A stretch of 64,000 nucleotides of DNA from an uncultured Candidatus Binatia bacterium. GTDB taxonomy: Bacteria > Desulfobacterota > Binatia > UBA9968 > JAJDTQ01. The translations under genes were made by a program, and so were the position numbers. This document shows, piece after piece, positions 61,101-64,000 of this stretch. The stretch spans positions 2,848,001 to 2,912,000 of the forward strand of contig OZ219754.1 in the NCBI GenBank assembly GCA_964291295.2, in the 5' to 3' direction. Below the pieces are notes generated by a model, which saw only the letters and a list, made by a program, of their open reading frames with translations, was not told the origin of the DNA and made no database searches. The number at the start of each line of letters is the position of its first letter. The first letter of the stretch is position 1.

Positions 61101-63959
61101 CACCGTGTAGCTGACGGAGGAGCCGGCCACCACCGTCACCGGCGCCCCGGTGAACGTGAGCGCGTCCAGGGCGTCGTTCTTGAAGGTGACCGTGCGTATG
61201 TTCGACCAAGGGCCATACACACGGTTGCCGCCCGAGTTGGTGGCCGTCGCCCGAATCCGAACCTCTACCGATGCGCCGTCCGGATAGGTGTTGCCCGGGT
61301 TGGCTCTGCTGTTGCGTCTGCTGGGACTGGAGGCGCCGCTCGGGCTTCCGCCCTCTGCCCAGTTGCTGGACCCCTTTAGCCGGTGACCTATTCGCCACGC
61401 ATAGAACGTGACCGCGTTTGCGACTTGGTCGCCGAGACTCGTACTGGTATGGGTCCAGGTCACATCGATCCGCCCACTCGTCGTCGAGGTGGCGGCCGTC
61501 AGCACCGGGGCCACCGGCGCCGCCGGCGTCGCCGTCACCTCGTCCGACGCCGCACCGTTGCCGTTGCCGTTCACCGCGCGGATCCTGAACGTGTAGATCG
61601 TGCTGTTCGTCAGGCCCGTGATCCGGTGCTGCACCGTCGTCGCGCCGGAACCCGCGATCCGTGTCCATGAACCGTAGCTCCCGTTCCCCGCCTTCTGCCG
61701 GTACTCCCAACGGGTAATGCTGGCGTCGTTCGGGTTGGTCCATGACAGCACAACCTGCGTGTCGCCCTTCGTCGCGCCAAAGCCCGCCGGCTTGGCGGGC
61801 GCCGCGCCGGCAGGAGGCTCCGCCGGCGTCCCGCTCACCACCGCCGACGCGACGCTGTTGCCGGCGTCGCTCTTCGCCCGGATGCGGAAGCGGTATTGGC
61901 TGTCGTTATCCAGCCCCGTCACCGTGTGGTTCGTGGTGTCCGCGTCCGAACCGGAAATGTCGGTCCAGCTGCCCCAGGCGGCGCTGCCCTTCCTCTGCTG
62001 CACCTGATACCCCGAGATCGAATCGTCGTCCGGATCGGTCCACGACAGCGTCACCTGCGCGTTGCCCGCCGTCGCCGACAGGCCCGTCGGTGCGGCGGGT
62101 TGGGCGGCCTCATCGTCGTCGGTGATGGTCAGCGTGAGCTTGCCGCTGGTCCAGCCGTCCTCGTAGCCGATGAGGTTTACCGTCTCGTCCGGTTCGTCCC
62201 GGGTATCGCCGAGGATGCGAACGGTCATCGTGCCCTGGGTCTGGCCTTCGGCGATGGAAACAATGACGCCGTTCGGGAAGCACATATCCGTGTCTACCGG
62301 GAGCAGGGGCGGATCGCAGGGGTCACGCCCCTTGCCGGAGCCCGCGGCGGTGCCGGGGTCCACGTCGTAACCCGACGTAAGCGAGAAGTTCGCGGGCGCC
62401 GGCTCGCTGAGGGTGAAGGTGATGGTGACGTCCGTCGAACCGGAGTCGCCCTCGGTGATCGTGGCCGACGGGGACGCCGACAGCGTGATCGTCTTCGGGC
62501 CGGAGTCCCTGACCGCCACGGTGATCGTGGTGGAGGTCGTGGCGGCCACGGCAGTGCCGTCGCGGCCCTTCCAGCTCCAGGTGACGGTGTGCGTGCCCAC
62601 GCCCAGCGTTGCGCAGGGAAACAGGCCGACGCCGAGGCCGGTCGCAATGCCGGCAGGAGCCTGCGTGATCTCGACGCGGTTATTCCCCTGGAGGTTCGCA
62701 AGCCGGTTAATGTACGAGTTTCCCCCGGTGCGTTGTTGTAGCCAGACGAGATTATCATTTCCCCTGACCTGCTTGACCGACAGCAGGTTGAAGCACACAT
62801 CCGTCGTCGCATCGGCCGACCCGACCGTGACGGTTTTGTCCGGATCGGAGGTCAGCGTCGGGGTCGCCGCCCTGGGCGTGGCCTCGATCCAGCCCTGGTT
62901 GTTGAAGACGCTCGAGGCGATCTCGGTCCGCCCGCCCGGACCCACCAGCCGAACCCGGAAGACGCCAGTCTCGCCGTTGGTTGCGCTGTAGCCGTATTCT
63001 CTGAGGGCGACGCCGCCGGGTAAATCAAGCCACCGGCCCTCTCCATTTCGGTCCGAGAGCCGGATCCACTCGAGCTGCCAGCTCACCGCGCCGTCAGTCG
63101 GGCCGTCGTACACCCACTCGAAACCGAACCATTCATCGTTTCCGGCCACCGTGAGGGCGACAGTGCTGACGAAGACGGTGACCTGGTTGGATTCCGTCCC
63201 CGCCGCGCCATCGCTTCTGGCCGTTCTTACCTGAAAGGTGTAGCTGCCGGGGCTCAAGCCCGTGATCGTGTGGGTGTTGGTGGCCCCCGTGCTGCCCGGA
63301 ATCCGGCTGTAATTGCCTGTGGCCTGCGAACCCGCCGTGTAGCGGACATCCCACTGGTTCACGACGGCGGGCAGATTGGCCCCTGTCCAGGAAAGGGTGA
63401 CGCCGTTGCCTATCCGCGCGACGGTGAGGGTGACGGAGGGCACGGGCGTCGGCGTTGCCGACGCCTCGTTGGACGGGTTGGCGTAATTTGTTATGGTACG
63501 CCTAACGCCAGTGAGATATGCCCCGGTGACCTGAAAGGTGTAGGCGACGCCGGCGGTCAGACCACCAATGGTGTGTCTGCGGATGCCCTCCCCGCCGGGG
63601 ATATTCTGCCAACCGCCGTACTCGCCCGCGCCTTCCTTCTGCCGGTATCGCCACTGCGTGGTGAAGCCAAGGGAGCTCATGGTCCAGGATAACGTCACCT
63701 GCCCGGGTCCAGGCGCGGCTGTGAGCGCCGGCGTCTGATCCTGCGCCCGCGCGATCTGCGGTGCGAGGGCGGCGGCACCCAGCACAATGAGAAAGAGGGT
63801 AAGAAACCCCGCCCTCAGGCGGCGGGCAGCTCTTCCGGACGCACTCACTGGATCAGCCCCGCGCCCGGAGAGAGTGTGTGTGTTGGGGGGGGGGGGGGGC
63901 GCACGAGACGCGAGCGCCTCGCGCGGACAGCCGCGGCAGGCCACGCGCCGCAGGATCAT
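58173..63959 (-). CDS. Large surface protein: FN3, Calx-beta and Ig-like repeats plus autotransporter beta-barrel (start uncertain)
   Basis: Signal peptide ending ARAQ; repeated PAKPTGL..VTLSW..WQYR..YTFQVRA FN3 units; TITEGD..LTITDDD Calx-beta; barrel motifs NPYLAW, GVRHDDGD, terminal LRW. Confidence 0.9.
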   Translation of the reverse strand: MILRRVACRGCPREALASRAPPPPPNTHTLSGRGADPVSASGRAARRLRAGFLTLFLIVLGAAALAPQIARAQDQTPALTAAPGPGQVTLSWTMSSLGFTTQWRYRQKEGAGEYGGWQNIPGGEGIRRHTIGGLTAGVAYTFQVTGAYLTGVRRTITNYANPSNEASATPTPVPSVTLTVARIGNGVTLSWTGANLPAVVNQWDVRYTAGSQATGNYSRIPGSTGATNTHTITGLSPGSYTFQVRTARSDGAAGTESNQVTVFVSTVALTVAGNDEWFGFEWVYDGPTDGAVSWQLEWIRLSDRNGEGRWLDLPGGVALREYGYSATNGETGVFRVRLVGPGGRTEIASSVFNNQGWIEATPRAATPTLTSDPDKTVTVGSADATTDVCFNLLSVKQVRGNDNLVWLQQRTGGNSYINRLANLQGNNRVEITQAPAGIATGLGVGLFPCATLGVGTHTVTWSWKGRDGTAVAATTSTTITVAVRDSGPKTITLSASPSATITEGDSGSTDVTITFTLSEPAPANFSLTSGYDVDPGTAAGSGKGRDPCDPPLLPVDTDMCFPNGVIVSIAEGQTQGTMTVRILGDTRDEPDETVNLIGYEDGWTSGKLTLTITDDDEAAQPAAPTGLSATAGNAQVTLSWTDPDDDSISGYQVQQRKGSAAWGSWTDISGSDADTTNHTVTGLDNDSQYRFRIRAKSDAGNSVASAVVSGTPAEPPAGAAPAKPAGFGATKGDTQVVLSWTNPNDASITRWEYRQKAGNGSYGSWTRIAGSGATTVQHRITGLTNSTIYTFRIRAVNGNGNGAASDEVTATPAAPVAPVLTAATSTTSGRIDVTWTHTSTSLGDQVANAVTFYAWRIGHRLKGSSNWAEGGSPSGASSPSRRNSRANPGNTYPDGASVEVRIRATATNSGGNRVYGPWSNIRTVTFKNDALDALTFTGAPVTVVAGSSVSYTVALTKEYAGTLSITSSATAKATVDPATLTFSASNYSTGQTVTVTGVEAGTATINHAFRLTGAAADAIPDAGTVGVTVAAAPGVTVSTAALTVAEGGSNTYTMRLNTAPSSDVTIMVDGASGDVTVANATLTFTTVNWNMAQTVTVNAGTDTDTATDDAVTLTHSASGGGYDSVSIASVVVSVTESGVVPAKPTGLAAAAGDGSVTLSWTDAGNPTITKWQYRRKAGSGAWDDWTDIGGSGAGTTSYKVSGLTNGTAYQFEVRAVNGAGNGAGPDAPVSATPTAAAPPSAPPAAGGSVRVTPTALTVEEGGSGSYTVVLGAEPTGPVTVTVGGASGEVTVVPRRLTFTASNWSEPQGVTVSAARDADTADDRATLTHGARGGGYDSVSIASVVVRVRDTTPVLSLETDPAAVSEGEDIRLVVTSDRVLTGSLVVSLTLAARDGGGFDGEDLPGGLGPRSLDAVFGATASRRGLVMIPTRVDGEAEGRESYRITLNAAPGYAVGVDAVAEGVLEEGSSSSANRVNRAILPHVAALALSQTLEAVTGRIEAVSDGGAGGTVRFGAAPGMVVDDEWVGPGGRGQGGPGLRELLDGASFALPLGASGAGGVAAPALWGVGEWRSLSGSERDLSWEGGLWSGYLGADVRVRPDLLAGAAVSYAKGKVDAVSRGGDGTKSRHESRVVSVNPYLAWLRADGTTLWASAGYGRGEVRITEAGAAARTADLSQWSGAAGGRGVLLEDPELIAGGTTRVAVKGEGSLVQLDTEAGDGLTELTVKASRLRLMLEGSWEHRVGGDATLTPALEVGVRHDDGDVGQGGGVEVGAGVTWRDPGARLTAELRARMLAVHERDREEWGVSALVRLDPGADGRGSYLSFGPTHGRTASGLGRLFDYGSAMDSGAGAGESRLEAEMGHGIGIAGPAPLALLTPYAGLSLAESGERTLRLGARYRLGSGVALGIEGTSRPWTNGEQGLMLRGALRW
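63869..63899 (-). repeat. Homopolymer C15 followed by (AC)5(TC)3 simple sequence repeats
   Basis: Plus strand G15 at 63885-63899 preceded by gagagagtgtgtgtgtt. Confidence 0.9.
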
Positions 63960-64000
63960 CCGTCGTCTTCGTGCTTGTCCTTGTCATGGTCTCGCTCTCC

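Noticed and set aside
57804-61379. 1191-aa plus-strand ORF
   Set aside because: Arg/His/Pro-rich antisense shadow of the autotransporter; no domain motifs
58173-63959. Diversity-generating retroelement acting on the adhesin
   Set aside because: No reverse transcriptase or adenine-specific template/variable repeat pair in the window

Overview
High-GC bacterial chromosomal window. The gene set (DUF1844-DegQ-PBP1B, carD-ispD, many Mo-hydroxylases and amidohydrolases, an FN3/Calx-beta autotransporter) resembles Deltaproteobacteria/Binatota-like, possibly host-associated, bacteria; this is inference only. 1-34 kb is mostly housekeeping: Rrf2-sufBCD, def, aspS/hisS, comEC, uvrBC, lhgO, mutM, rsmA, tsaD, PBP1B, DegQ, cysK, tRNA-Glu, ispD, carD, rimI, tRNA-Cys, coaE, efp. 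35-49 kb is an accessory catabolic cluster: amidohydrolases, two xanthine-dehydrogenase-family large subunits, FAD and FeS subunits, UbiD, metF, an orphan ABC ATPase and an extended CobW. After it come recR-ybaB-dnaX-ffs-tRNA-Ser, a LysR plus PhnCDEE-like ABC module resembling selenium-associated families with a clear tandem LysR operator, ygfZ, and a 1.9k-aa mosaic surface autotransporter. Strongest leads: (1) a C15/(AC)5 slippage tract that puts the best-RBS start of the adhesin out of frame, suggesting phase variation; (2) a YfhL ferredoxin-membrane-alpha-crystallin-like fusion protein; (3) the LysR/oxyanion ABC module; (4) the Mo-hydroxylase/amidohydrolase/CobW cluster with an attenuator-like insert. 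No CRISPR array, transposase, integrase or rRNA was seen. All family calls come from motif recognition by eye; no searches were run.
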